The notes: generated by a model not told the origin, from the letters alone. A stretch of DNA of 64,000 nt from an uncultured Hormoscilla sp. (GCA_963921275.4 OZ001293.3:4992001-5056000); one strand, 5' to 3'. Shown: positions 39,261-51,400, numbered from the stretch's first letter. Translations and numbers: made by a program.

Positions 39261-39327
39261 TATACTGGTCATGTGACTTTTACGCAGATGATCCGATAAC
39301 AGTTGCTCAAAACCTCATGTAAGGGTT

Positions 39328-39512
39328 GGTGTTGCACTTCGGACGGGATGATGAGCATCGTTGCAGAAGTTTTAAACGTAGACTACAAGCCACTTTCAGT
39401 TATATGCCAAAAATGGCATCATCCCCAAAATGTGCAACGCCAAAAAAGATTTGGATCTGGACGGTCGTTGACCACTTTCAACCTGGTATTCTCGGATGGG
39501 TAGTGGGAGACC
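39328..39512 (+). mobile_element. IS1-type MITE (39328-39441) followed by an IS1 transposase fragment
   Basis: Inverted ends ggtgttgcac / gtgcaacgcc; next 70 nt read KKIWIWTVVDHFQPGILGWVVGD. Confidence 0.7.
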
Positions 39513-39681
39513 AGTTACAGCATTAGCCCTAAATCGGGAAAGAGTTATTCCTATCCGTGAGGCAGACAAAGCATTAGGGCGGCATCCACCACTAGGCGAT
39601 TTAATTCAGTCCGACAATTGACAATCAGGTACGATATCGCCGTGACTATATTTGTATCGAGCAGGTAACTCATGTTGCCAA

Positions 39682-39975
39682 CTATCTCCCTTCTACTGCT
39701 GCCTCGAAGATTTCCATTTGCTCTGGCGTGAGCAGGTTTAATGTTCCAGAAACAGCCTCTATCACCATTATTCTATCCACCCTTACTGTCAGTTCGTCAT
39801 GGTCTAGATAGAGCAGTTTTTCTGGAGAAACCCGTTCTAACAGATTTGAGAAAACTTGCATTATTTCGTCTTTGTCTAATCGCTCCCGGAATAGATACTC
39901 CCTTTGCATCAACTTATCCACTATCTCCGAAATTCGGCTTATGACTGTATCCTTGGTCGTAGAAAATTGGGTCAT
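39682..39975 (-). CDS. Putative antitoxin paralog; downstream PIN toxin truncated
   Basis: Similar to 30402-30695; followed by MSYLLDTNIVTA stub from 39673. Confidence 0.7.
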   Translation of the reverse strand: MTQFSTTKDTVISRISEIVDKLMQREYLFRERLDKDEIMQVFSNLLERVSPEKLLYLDHDELTVRVDRIMVIEAVSGTLNLLTPEQMEIFEAAVEGR

Positions 39976-40304
39976 AATTTCCTCTTTGTCAAGTTGACAC
40001 TAAAAATTTTCTCGTTCCCTGACTCCGGCAGGGAACGCCCCTCTTGAGGCTCTGCCTCCTGAGAATAAAGGGAGGCGGGAGCCTCCCTATACCCGTTCCC
40101 AGCGAGGACGCGCTCGATCGACGATACATGACCGTGTAGATATCGCCTCCGAGGCTTTTGTCCGATCGGCGTTGGCAATAAAAGCTGCTGCTGCGACTGA
40201 CTAGGAGTCCGCCATTAAAGAAATAGTAAACTCCAGCCCCAGCTATTGCCAGCAAAGCAATTACCGTTGCAACGACAACTGAGTTGAGTCCGTTTCTTGA
40301 GCTT

Positions 40305-41199
40305 GTTAAACTAAGCCAGGGTGTTGCCACCCCGTCTCGTCTTCAGAACCGGACGATCTGCTTTTCATCTCATCCGGCTCCTCAGTAATGCCATCCCTGT
40401 CATGGATACGGCGACTACCATCGCTGGCAGTTTTTTTTTACATCGTAGCAGTTGTCGCCACGTTGTGCCGCTCTGTAAATTCTCAGAAGCAAAAGACTTT
40501 CCTTTCCAGCTTTCGCCAGGGGGGGTTGTCCTCCATTCATTCATCGGTTTGATTACCGTGCTCATAAGGTTTTTACTGCTACTTACAACTTCACATTTGA
40601 CATTACCGTGGTCGGCTTATCCTGTCCATTACAGATAGGCGTTTGCTTCTCCACGAAATCCTTCCTAATCATGACCTGCCTGATGAAGGCAGAGGTTGCG
40701 CCTTTGGTGGCTACTCTCTCTATCGACTCGATAGAGAGTACATGATCAGGTTACTTCGTTCCTACAGATGATTAGTTGTAGCTAAGGATGGATTCCTTAC
40801 GCCGAATTTGTTGTCGGTGCTTACTGGTCGGTGAGCAGAACCGCCAGCGACCTGTATCCTTTCCCTTTTGGGCCGTCAGCCTTATTTCACTGGTTTTATG
40901 TTACGACGCTGCAAATCTTTGCTTTATGCTCATCATGGCTACTTGCTTGGCTTCGATGCCTGAGGGATGCAAGGCAGGCAACCCCTCAGGCATCGGACCG
41001 GTGTAGGCTACCAGTCGCCTTTCATTCCCGCTTTACGGATTGATACCATCGCTACCGTCGGGAATGTGCTGTCACTCCTACACCTGGAGGGGTGGGCTTT
41101 CACCACCATCATCTGTAAGTTGTCAGGGTTTTGTGTTACCCTGCTAGCGGTCCCTTTTACCGGTTATCACCGGTGGAATTTACGCTAAACGAATCGCAC
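40305..41199 (-). mobile_element. Group II intron (895 nt) with internally deleted IEP
   Basis: 5' GTGCGATTCGTTTAG, 3' GGCTTAGTTTAAC; ribozyme collinear with the 59772-62161 intron; IEP stub MSTVIKPMNEW at 40565; EBS1 CTGCT matches exon end TAGCAG. Confidence 0.92.
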
Positions 41200-41311
41200 C
41201 TGCTACCCCTGCCAAAGTCAGGGAACGCATTTTTGAGGCAAAGCCTCCAGCCCTTGACAATTATGGCATATTGAGTATACTAAAGTTCGTACTTGTTCCT
41301 AGAAGATAGCG

Positions 41312-41584
41312 ATGAATATTTTGCTGACACCAGAACTAGAGCAATTTGTCAATGAACGGGTAGAAAAGGGTGAATATCAAGATGCGCTGTCGGTTATTAG
41401 TGCCAGGTTGCGGCTGTTGTCAGAACGGGAACGCATCTATAAAGGACGCTTTGCTGAACTGAAACGGGATGTGATGATTGGAAAAGAACAGCTTGAACGT
41501 GGCGAGGTAATTGATGGAGAAGCTGTGTTTGATGAAATGGAAGAAGATATTTGGCTTCTAGAATCCGTTCGTAGGTTGGGTTGA
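41312..41584 (+). CDS. ParD-like ribbon-helix-helix antitoxin, no adjacent toxin
   Basis: MNILLTPELEQFVNERVEKGEY...G.EQLERGEVIDGE.VF. Confidence 0.8.
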   Translation: MNILLTPELEQFVNERVEKGEYQDALSVISARLRLLSERERIYKGRFAELKRDVMIGKEQLERGEVIDGEAVFDEMEEDIWLLESVRRLG

Positions 41585-41651
41585 CGCCAGGAAACCCAAC
41601 AAAAATCCCATAGCCGTGACTATATTTGTATCGGGTAAATCATGTCGCAAA

Positions 41652-41945
41652 CTATCTCCCTTCTACTGCTGCATCGAAGATATCCATTTGCTCTGTCGTG
41701 AGCTGGTTTAATGTTCCAGAAACGGCCTCTATCACCATTATCCTATCCACCCTTGCTGTCAGTTCGTCATCCTCTAGATAGAGCAATTTGTCTGGAGAAA
41801 CCCGTTCTAACAGATTTGAGAAAACTTGCATTACTTCGTCTTTGTCTAATCGCTCCTGGAATAGATACTCGCTTTGCATCAACCTATCCACTATATCCGA
41901 GATCCGATTAATGACTGTATCTTTGGTCGTATAAATTTGGGTCAT
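41652..41945 (-). CDS. Putative antitoxin paralog; downstream PIN toxin truncated
   Basis: Near-copy of 39682-39975; ATG at 41945 with GGAGG SD; toxin stub at 41643-41615. Confidence 0.7.
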   Translation of the reverse strand: MTQIYTTKDTVINRISDIVDRLMQSEYLFQERLDKDEVMQVFSNLLERVSPDKLLYLEDDELTARVDRIMVIEAVSGTLNQLTTEQMDIFDAAVEGR

Positions 41946-42036
41946 AATGTCCTCCTTGTTCAGTAGGTTCGTAGGTGGGGTTGACGCCAGGAAACCCCAA
42001 CAAAGATCGCAGTAACACGGGTTGGGTTGAGGAACG

Positions 42037-42907
42037 GGATGGGGTCGAGCCGGGAATCGCTTCCCGACCCTCCCTTGAGGAACCGGACTTGCGATTTTCA
42101 CCGCATCCGGCTACTGGGTACTAGGCCCTTTTCATAGGTAGACTTAATAGGAATTACTTCCGTTAGCCCTTGCCGCCTGTCTTTTCTTCCCTTTCCTGGT
42201 TTAGCGAGTGGTTGTTCTGATAACCGTTAGTATCACCATTTTCAAGTCAGTTTTACCAGTTATCCATACCTTATCCTCCACTTGCGTTTCGGATTAGTTC
42301 CGTGGCTTTTTAGGATTACTCATTCCAGCAGCTTCCTAGTATCACCGACCCACGTCAGCGCTGGCTACCCAGCATCATCTACATTACTGTAGATGTTATC
42401 CCAGGAATTACCCCGGGCATTCGCTTCTTGGGCCATCCCTCCCCCCGTGGCTTGCGCTTAACATCTAACTTGTCCTGATGGACAGCACACGAGAGGTTAC
42501 TTCGTTCCCTAACAACATTTCGCGATACCTTTAGGTCCACACTATACCCCGGGAGCTATTTGAGTACTATATTAGCCAGAGTCTAAAACTAATACTAGCT
42601 ACCATTTCCTTTTTAGGCCAGCGCATATAGCCTTATTTCGCTGGTTCCTTATAACGAGGCTTGCACATGTTTGCCTGCTCTAACCTTGGATATCTTTCCT
42701 AGCGGCGTCACCGGCTTAGGCTGCCAGTTATCCTACATTTGAGTCCTCGCTTAGCACCACGATGATGTCGCTTCGTAGCACCGAGGACCGGTGTCACCCC
42801 CGTACCTGGGGGGAGGGGAATTTAACCCCCATGCGGTCAGAGTTCCCGGCTAATGAAACCGGGCTAGCGTTCCGTGTTTGACCACGTTAGGCTAGAACGA
42901 ATCGCAC
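42037..42907 (-). mobile_element. ORF-less group II intron (871 nt) inserted in a REP-like repeat
   Basis: 5' GTGCGATTCGTTCTAG; DV GTAGCCGGATGCGGTGAAAATCGCAAGTCCGGTTC; empty copy of the target (gaggaacg|aaacccaacc) at about 43174-43191. Confidence 0.95.
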
Positions 42908-42994
42908 AAACCCAACCTACAGCCATTAGCCATTCGCAATTAGCAATTAGACCATTTTGTCAAAATGTGGTTACAATTTTTAACCATTATCCTA

Positions 42995-43204
42995 TTAGTC
43001 GGTTTTAACCGACTTTAGCTATTAGCCGGGGGTTTGAACCCCCGGCGGGCTGACGGCGGGCTGACGGCAGGCTGACAGCGAAGTGAGTAAGTTCGGTTGA
43101 CGCCAGTTTTTAGTTCGTAGGTTGGGTTGACGCCAGGAAACCCAACAAAGATCGCAGTAACACGGGTTTGCTTGAGGAACGAAACCCAACCTACAGCCAT
43201 TAGC
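42995..43204. repeat. Stack of REP-like repeats (AGTCGGTTTTAACCGACT family and GTAGGTTGGGTTGA...AAACCCAAC family)
   Basis: Palindromic units also at 38030-38072, 41570-41600, 41965-42036, 46765-46890. Confidence 0.75.
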
Positions 43205-43347
43205 TAAAGTGCTTACTACAAACCTTCGGAAGCACTAAAGTGCTTACTACAAACCTTCGGAAGCACTAAAGTGCTTACTACAAACCTTCGGAAGCACTAA
43301 AGTGCTTACTACAAACTGCAAACAAAGGTTCGTAGTAAGCACTTTAG
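43204..43347. repeat. 31-bp tandem repeat (3 full units plus a partial) closed by an inverted arm
   Basis: ctaaagtgcttactacaaaccttcggaagca at 43204, 43235, 43266 and partial at 43297; inverted gtagtaagcactttag at about 43332. Confidence 0.9.
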
Positions 43348-43362
43348 TCCTTCTTAATAAGG

Positions 43363-45775
43363 TCACTTCCACTCCCGCACTTCGGGCATATCCTGACCGT
43401 GCTTTGCGATATAATGCTTGTGTTCGATCAGCCGATCGCGGATATTCTGTTTAGCATAAGCAGCAGCATATCCCAATTGGGGCACCCGATCGATCGCATC
43501 CGCCGCTAGGTGAAAGCGATCAAGGTCATTGCGGACGACCATATCAAAGGGAGTAGTAGTAGTACCCTCTTCCTTATAGCCTCGGACATGGAGATTTTGG
43601 TGGTTAGTCCGGCGATAGGTAAGGCGATGGATCAGCCAGGGATAGCCGTGATAGACGAAGACGATCGGTTTATCAGTAGTAAAGATAGTATCGAAGTCTC
43701 GATCGGACAGACCGTGGGGATGTTCGCTTTGAGGTTGCAGGGTCATCAAGTCAACCACATTCACCACGCGGATCTTCAGTTCCTGAAATTGTTGACGGAG
43801 AAAGTCCACTGCTGCTAGAGTTTCCAAGGTAGGAACATCCCCAGCGCAAGCCATCACCACATCGGGTTCCGAACCCTGGTCGTTACTGGCCCATTCCCAA
43901 ATGCCAATTCCAGCAGTACAATGCTCCATCGCCGCCTTCATGTCCAGGTATTGTAAGGAGGGTTGCTTACCCGCGACAATTACATTCACATAGTTGCGGC
44001 TCCGCAGACAATGGTCGGTCACGGACAGGAGAGTATTAGTATCAGGGGGTAGGTAAACCCGAATCACGTCCGCCTTCTTGTTGATTACGTGATCGATAAA
44101 GCCAGGGTCTTGGTGGGAAAAGCCATTGTGGTCTTGTCGCCAGACATGGGAAGTCAGCAGGTAGTTCAGAGAGGCGATCGGGCGACGCCAAGGAATTTCG
44201 TTGCGAGTAGTTTTCAGCCACTTAGCATGTTGGTTAAACATGGAGTCGATCAGGTGAATGAACGCCTCGTAGCAGGAGAAGAAGCCGTGGCGACCGGTGA
44301 GGAGATAGCCTTCCAGCCAGCCTTGGCAGGTATGTTCGCTGAGAATTTCCATCACCCGACCGTTGCTAGCCAGGTGGTCGTCTTCGGGGAGAAAATCAGC
44401 TACCCAGGTGCGATCGGTGGCTTCAAACAGGGCGCTGAGACGGTTAGAAGCAGTTTCGTCGGGACCGAACACCCGGAAGTTGGTCATGTTTTGCTTCATC
44501 ACGTTCCGCATAAAACCTCCCATGACTCGGATGGCTATGGCTGCGCCACGCTGCGCGATCGGCGAAGGTGGTGGCTGGTTTGGAGACTTCGATCCCATAG
44601 TCCCGGAAGTCGGGCATTTTCAAGTCCCTCAGCAGGATGCCACCGTTAGCGTGGGGGTTGGCACCCATGCGCCGACCGCCCTTGGGTGCCAGTTCTGCCA
44701 ATTCTGGAATTAATGTGCCATTCTCGTCAAAGAGTTCTTCGGGTTTGTAACTCTTCATCCAGTCTTCCAGCAGTTGGACGTTTACTGGTTTCGTTGCCAT
44801 TTCCGAGAACGGTACTTGGTGACTGCGCCAGTAATCTTCCGTTTTCTTGCCATCCACTTCCTTGGGACCTGTCCAACCCTTGGGCGATCGCAAGACAATC
44901 ATCGGCCATTGGGGGCGCTGGGTAAAGCCCTTGCGGCGGGCATCCTGCTGAATGGCTTTGATATCTGCGATCGCCCGTTCCAGGGTGGCCGCCATCAACT
45001 GGTGCATAGTTTCCGGGTCGGACCCCTCAACAAAATAGGGTTTATAACCGTAACCGACAAACAAGCTTTCCAACTCTGAATGGGAGATCCGGGCCAAAAC
45101 CGTAGGATTAGCAATTTTATAGCCATTCAGGTGTAAAATGGGCAGGACCGCACCATCATGAACCGGGTTAAGGAACTTATTAGAATGCCAACTGGTAGCC
45201 AGGGGACCAGTTTCCGCCTCCCCGTCACCAACAACGCAAGCAACGATCAAGTCCGGGTTATCGAAAGCAGCGCCATAAGCATGAGAAAGAGCATAACCCA
45301 GTTCGCCCCCCTCGTGGATAGAACCCGGGGTTTCCGGGGCTACGTGACTGGGGATCCCGCCGGGGAAAGAGAACTGCTTGAAAAGTTTCTTCATCCCCTC
45401 AGCATCCTGGGAAATATTCGGGTAAACTTCAGTGTAAGTACCCTCCAGGTAAGTATTAGCAACCAACCCGGGACCGCCATGACCCGGACCTGCAATATAG
45501 ATAATATTCAGGTCTAGAGCCTTAATCATCCGGTTGAGGTGAACGTAGATAAAATTAAGACCTGGAGTAGTGCCCCAATGTCCCAACAGCCGAGGTTTAA
45601 CATGTTCTAGTTTCAGAGATTCTTTGAGCAGGGGGTTGTCAAACAGATAAATTTGTCCCACCGAAAGGTAGTTCGCCGCCCGCCAGTAAGCATTCATCGA
45701 GCGCAACTCTTCTGGGGCGAGGGTTTTTTCTGAAGTTATCGCCGTAGCTATGGGTCTTTCCGTTGTAACTGTCAT
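43363..45775 (-). pseudogene. xfp: Phosphoketolase, frameshifted by a 22-nt insertion
   Basis: [38 protein letters not shown]; removing 44537-44558 restores TFAEAIRVMG and joins the two ORFs. Confidence 0.92.
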
Positions 45776-46043
45776 ATTCCTACTCTAAGCTATTGGTCAT
45801 TATTCTCCAACTTAAAGGCTGCTGCCATGAAGTGAATAATAATTTTAGTATCTTTTAACTTTAACTCAGACTTAACCTAAAATTAAGTAAATGTTGAGAT
45901 ATAAAAAGAAGGGGAGATAAAAGAAAAATGTTGTATAATCAAAAAAACGCGATCACTCTAGGATGGTGGGGCGAGAGGATGTGAGGATGGTCCGATCGCC
46001 TGTCTAGACAAGGAAACAGATAGAGGTTAAGAAAAGGATAACC

Positions 46044-46704
46044 ATGAGCTTAAAATTGTATTTTATCCGACATGGGGAAACGGTTTACAGCCAGAAAGGG
46101 GGCTACTGCGGCTCCCTAGATCCGGAGTTAACCAGCGTGGGGATAAAAATGGCAGAATAGTTTGCCGCAGCCTATCATTCTCTCCCCTGGGTAGCAGCCT
46201 ATGTAAGTCCCATGCAGCGGACGATCGCGACGGCGAAACCCTTTATGTGCAGCAGTGGGACTGGAAATGCAACTGCGGGAGGGCTTAAAAGAGATAGCCT
46301 ATGGGAAGTGGGAAGGTCAGTTACCAGAAACGGTAAATAGAGATTTCCACGATGACTACGTCCGCTGGTTAACGGATCGGGTTGGAATGCACCGACAGGG
46401 GGGGAAAGAGGAGTAGATATCGCCCGTCGTTCCGTTCGCGCAGCGTGGCGCAGCCATAGCAGTGATTCACGAGATATGCGAGAATTATCAAACAGGCAAT
46501 GTTTTGGTAGTCTCCCACAAGGCAACTATTAGAATAATGCTATGTAACCTATTGGGAATAGATGTGGGACGCTTCCGCGATCGCATAGCCATGCCAGTTG
46601 GGGGAGTCAGCCTGGTGGAGTTAGGAGTTCACGGTCCTCTGATGCATGCATTGGCAGACCGCAGCTATCTGGAGGAAAACCTGTGATCTTTACCTGGTCA
46701 TTAA
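46044..46704 (+). pseudogene. Histidine phosphatase family protein, multiple lesions
   Basis: IRHGET, VSPMQRT, VSHKATIR; in-frame stops, frameshifts and a 22-nt insert at 46436-46457. Confidence 0.85.
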
Positions 46705-46932
46705 TATATTGATAGTTACGCGATAAAAATCGAGGCGGGCCATGAGAATAAGAGACAATATTTGTAGTCGGTTAAAACCGACTATAGCTATGACGCGGGG
46801 GTTTGATCCCCCGCCGGGTCAGGAGGCTAAGAGACAATATTTGTAGTCGGTTTTAACCGACTTCAGCTATTAGCCGGGGGTTTGAACTGCGGGCCAGGAG
46901 GCTAAGAGACTGTTTAGTTGGGAAGAAATGGG

Positions 46933-48149
46933 ATGAAAATATTGGTACTAAACGCGGGTTCGGTTCTCAGAAAAGTTGTCTGTATGAAATAGCTGAGAAG
47001 ACATTACCCCAACAACCTCCCAAACCACTTTGGGAAGCGAATATAGACTGGAGTGGAACGCTGCGCGAAAAATCGACAGATTTTGGAGAAATGAAGGTTA
47101 AAGCTAAAGGAGTTAAGCTAGAAGTTAAACTGCCAGGGCGAGAAGGGGCAATCGCCCAAATGCTAGAGACTCTCAGTCAGGAAAAAACCCAGGTATTGCA
47201 GCAGTTATCAGAAATAGATATCGTCGGACATCGGGTGGTACATGGAGGTGCAGAATATACGAGGGCTACCTTCATTACTCCCGAAGTTAAAGAGGCGATC
47301 GCCCGCCTAGTACCCCTAGCACCCAGTCACAACCCAGCCCATTTAGAGGGAATAGAAGCGATCGAGGAAGTATTAGGCAAGGTGCCCCAGGTAGCAGTAT
47401 TTGATACAGCCTTTCACAGCCAGATGCCGAAAGCCGCTGTAGTGTATCCGATCCCCTACGAGTGGTTTGAGCAAGGCATCCGTCGCTATGGGTTTCACGG
47501 CACGAGTCATAAATATGCATCAGGAAGGGCGGCCCAAATACTGGGAAAATCCCTAGGAGAACTGCGACTGATTACTTGTCATTTGGGCAATGGCTGCTCC
47601 TTGACAGCCGTCAAGAATGGAGTAAGTATTGATACAACAATGGGGTTCACGCCCCTGGAAGGGTTAATGATGGGAACTCGCAGTGGTTCCATCGACCCAG
47701 CAATCATAATCTACTTGATGCGCCAGCATAATTACGACGTCGATAAATTAGATCGAATGCTGAACAAGGCTTCGGGGTTAAAAGGAATTATGGGAAAATC
47801 CGGAGATATGCGCCATGTTTTGCAGGCGATCGCCGAGGGTGACGAACAGGCGCAACTGGCCTTTGACATGTACGTGCATCGCCTGCGTGCAAGCATAGGA
47901 TCTATGGTTGCGAGTCTGGGCGGTTTAGAGGCGATAGTCTTTACCGCAGGCGTTGGCGAAAATGCAGCAGCAGTAAGGGAGGCCACTTGCGCCGGGTTTG
48001 AGTTCCTGGGGTTGAAACTGGACAAAGAAAAAAATCTCTCATCCCCAAAAGACATAGATATTGCTACCCTAGACTCAGCGGTGCGCGTGTTGGTGGTGCA
48101 GACAGCAGAAGATTGGGCGATCGCCTGCGAATGTTGGTATCTTGGTTAA
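46933..48149 (+). pseudogene. ackA: Acetate kinase with 5' frameshift
   Basis: MKILVLNAGS then a 1-nt loss (SSQKSCLY continues in another frame); GHRVVHGG, FDTAFH, HLGNG, FTAGVGEN intact in ORF 47091-48149. Confidence 0.85.
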
Positions 48150-48323
48150 TGGCTAATGGCTAATATAATAACTAATGGCTAATGGGACTTGGGGAAAAAC
48201 GTCGGGCGGGCGGATCGCCTGCCCGAGGTTCAGTTGGCGCAGTTGGGTTTCGTGCTCGGGACTCAACCTACAGTTGCTAACTGGGGATGGGAGAGCGTTA
48301 GTAGTTAAATGGAGGAAAAACGA

Positions 48324-50485
48324 ATGCAGAACAAAATCCGAGAGCGAGCACTCAGTTACATTGAGATCTTGGGTGCATCTCAGTTAGGCGATGAGTATAT
48401 TTACTCAGCAAAAGTGGATTTACTGAGTCTGATTAGGCAACTAATGCGCCATTCAGGTAGGCACAGCGATGCTTCAACACCTACGGTCCGCGGACGGCCC
48501 GAAAAATCGGCACATTCTCGGCTCGCCATTGTGCCCCCGGTAATTTCACCCTTAACCCAATTTGTTTCACCAGGGACTCAACCCGACCAGAGCCAATCGA
48601 GTGCCGAGCTGCCTGCCCGTTCGCGCAGCGGCCCGACGCCAGGAGGGCTAGCCTGGTAGTCAATGATGCGCGTCTGATGGTGCTTCAAGTAGTTGATCAA
48701 CCCTGTGGCTCCCCGACATTGCTGTTGGCGCAGATAACTAATCGCCCTCTGGGTCTCCCCTCGCCACAGGAGTGCACGGTCCGCGGACGGCCCGAAAAAT
48801 CGGATCTGCACGGTCCGCGGACGGCCCGAAAAATCGGATTGAGCCGGTGTCCCTTGCACCTTATTGGCATTTTCCATTAGGTGATACCAATCGAGCACTT
48901 CGATACGTTGTTCTGGTGTCCCGATACCACTGAAAATGTTCCACACCCCATCATGACCATCTCCGAGACCGGTGAACTGCGCCCCGAGGGGCTGGGCATT
49001 CACCCACTCAAGCAGCCCTTGATTATCCTTGAAGAAAGCCACACTGCCTTGCTCATGGACATTTAAGGCTTTGTATTCTCGCCACTCACCAGGTTGACCC
49101 TCCACGGTCCGCGGACGGCCCGAAAAATCGGTACGAAGGCGAATCATGCCGCCATCCAAGCTGAGCTCCTGAATCGGTTCAGCTATCTCTACCTCAGACC
49201 AGTCCTCTCGTTGAACAAAGCGTTGGAGCGTACTGTGGGAGATGCTCACCCCAGTCAGCATCGCGAGATCTTGTACGGTCCGCGGACGGCCCGAAAAATC
49301 GGCTCTCTGGTAAGAGGCATTGGCACTGACGACCCAACAACATTTTTCCACATACGGACTCCAACGAGTTCCCGGTTTAACTTGCAGTTGTTGGGCTTGA
49401 GCAGTGGTGAGGGTTAGTTTGCCCAGGATACTGGTCAGGGTGCGCTGTTTTCCGGTGCGGCGGGAAGTCGCCGTGTTGATAAAAAAATTCCTAGTTGAGG
49501 CCAGACGTGTTCTTGGGCAAGCGCACGAACGTTTTTCTCAATGCCTTCAAGGGTGGTGAGTTCAGTGGGGTCGGCTTCCTGGTAGAGAATCGCGGCAATC
49601 GCGTCAAGATGTTGCTGGAGTTCAGCCTGCTTTTGGGAGTTCATGGGTCAAGGGTGGTCAACAGTGCCTAAATTATGTACCGTTTTGAGGGAGACAAGCA
49701 CTATGTATAATTACTCATTGCCTAACTGAGATGTACCCGAGATCTTCGGCACTGGGTTTGAGATTTTCAAAGACAACATTACCACGATTGCAGCGATCAC
49801 GCTAGCTGTCACCATTCCCTTTAGTCTGATTGATGAGATCATTATGGGATCGCTATTTCGTCCTCTTGCCGAACTGGATGCTGGGGGCCGTGAACCCGAA
49901 TTAGAGGAAATACTTGTTGCGTTTTCTCAAGTTCCCATGAAGGATTGGATCGTCTATAGCGGATTTACCATTGTGTGGGTAGTCGCCATTATTCTCATAA
50001 ATATGGCAATTTGCTACGTTGTCGAGCAATCCATTTTAAGGCGATCGGTCAGTTGGCAAGATGCCTTGAAACATTCCTTTTCTCGGTTGGGAAGTGCCAT
50101 TGGCACCTGCTTTTTAGTGGTCGCTTTCATTGCCCTGTGGTCGTTTCTGTTCATCGTCGGGGCGCTAATTCCCCTATTTTACTATCAATATGCCATCTAT
50201 GTGGTGGCACTGCGGGGTAAGGGAGGCGGAAATGCGTTAAAACACAGCAGCGATTTCGTTAAAAAGCGATCAGGAACCATATTTATAGTTCTACTGACGA
50301 TTGTTATTGCAAATATAATTGTCTGGAACGTTCTATCGAACTTGATGCAACCGCCGGTTTGGAAAACTGATTGGAACGGATTTGTTTTGGCCATTATGTC
50401 CGATTTACTTATGGCATTTCACATCACCATTGAAACCGTTTTGTTTTTGAATATAGATTACTCGCACGATGGCGAAACAGTCTAA
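48324..50485 (+). pseudogene. Membrane protein gene interrupted by an IS
   Basis: MQNKIRERALSYIEI continues as FGTGFEIFKDN...MGSLFRP once the IS and one target copy are removed. Confidence 0.8.
48371..49738 (-). mobile_element. ISKra4-family insertion sequence, inactivated by micro-insertions
   Basis: TIRs gggtgcatctcagttaggc / gcctaactgagatgtaccc; 8-bp TSD gagatctt (48363-48370, 49739-49746); SLDGGMIRLR, GDGHDGVWN, LDWYHL, IGSG.VES.VKQI motifs. Confidence 0.9.
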
Positions 50486-50722
50486 TCTTAACAGCAAGCA
50501 AGGTGCGAGCGTCGCTCTATTGTTGACAAAGGAACGCATGAGGAAGAGCGATCGCACTGAGGCCCTGCTGCTGCGATCGCTTCCATTTTAATCGGTTTGC
50601 TAATATAATCTCCATAGCATCAGTCTTGAAGAAAAGAGCATGAATGTTCAGGAAATGGGCATTGATGATTCATGTGATATGGTTAAAGGATGATAGTTAT
50701 CGTAATTAGCACATAGCAATAT

Positions 50723-51400
50723 ATGCTACTACTGCAATTTAGTACCTCTCACTATTGTCGCAAAGCAAGACTAGTCCTGGGCTACAAAAAAATTGCCTAC
50801 CAGATAGAAAACCTCACTCCTAGTCTGCATGTCCTGAAGCTGAAACCCCTCACCGGACTGACGACAGTGCCAGTGCTATTACCCCAATTAGAAGGTCAAC
50901 CCCAGGCGATCGCCGACTCGACCAGAATATGGCAATATCTAGAAAGCTACAGCCCCGATCCGCCCTTAACTTTACCCGAGGCGCAACTACAACAGGAAGC
51001 CCAGATGCTAGAAGACTGGTTAGATGAAAGCATCGGTACTGCCACTCGCTTTGTTTACTATCACTTCCGCGCCGGTGCCGGTAAAGACATCGACCCCTCT
51101 TGGTTTAGTCAGCTCGTGATTCAGGTGGTGATTCGTCAATACTCGATTACACCAGCAGCAGTGGAATTAGCCCGATCGCGCCTCAATTTAGCAATGGACG
51201 TGCTAAAATCCCGATGGCAAGACAGCCCCTATCTGGTAGGATCCAATCTCAGCCTAGCAGATATCGCCGCTGCGGCCCTGCTGAGTCCCCTAGCCCTGAT
51301 AGAGGACTACCGCCAATCATATCCCTGGCTGTTCTCACGCATTGCCCAGGTACACAAAACTTGCCGCGAACCCTTGCCCCCAGGACTTGCTGAAGGATAA
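50723..51400 (+). CDS. Glutathione S-transferase family protein
   Basis: STSHYCRKAR, TVPVL, IADSTRI, SLADIAAA. Confidence 0.9.
   Translation: MLLLQFSTSHYCRKARLVLGYKKIAYQIENLTPSLHVLKLKPLTGLTTVPVLLPQLEGQPQAIADSTRIWQYLESYSPDPPLTLPEAQLQQEAQMLEDWLDESIGTATRFVYYHFRAGAGKDIDPSWFSQLVIQVVIRQYSITPAAVELARSRLNLAMDVLKSRWQDSPYLVGSNLSLADIAAAALLSPLALIEDYRQSYPWLFSRIAQVHKTCREPLPPGLAEG

Noticed and set aside
39101..39322. Heptad-repeat ORF as a real protein
   Set aside because: Open only because of the 21-bp repeat; TTG start, no clear SD, no flanking domain
41946..42101. N-terminal extension of ORF 41652-42101
   Set aside because: Translated from intron DV/DVI and REP sequence; the paralog and SD place the start at 41945
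43204..43316. Possible CRISPR array
   Set aside because: 31-bp units are contiguous and identical with no unique spacers; no cas genes in the window
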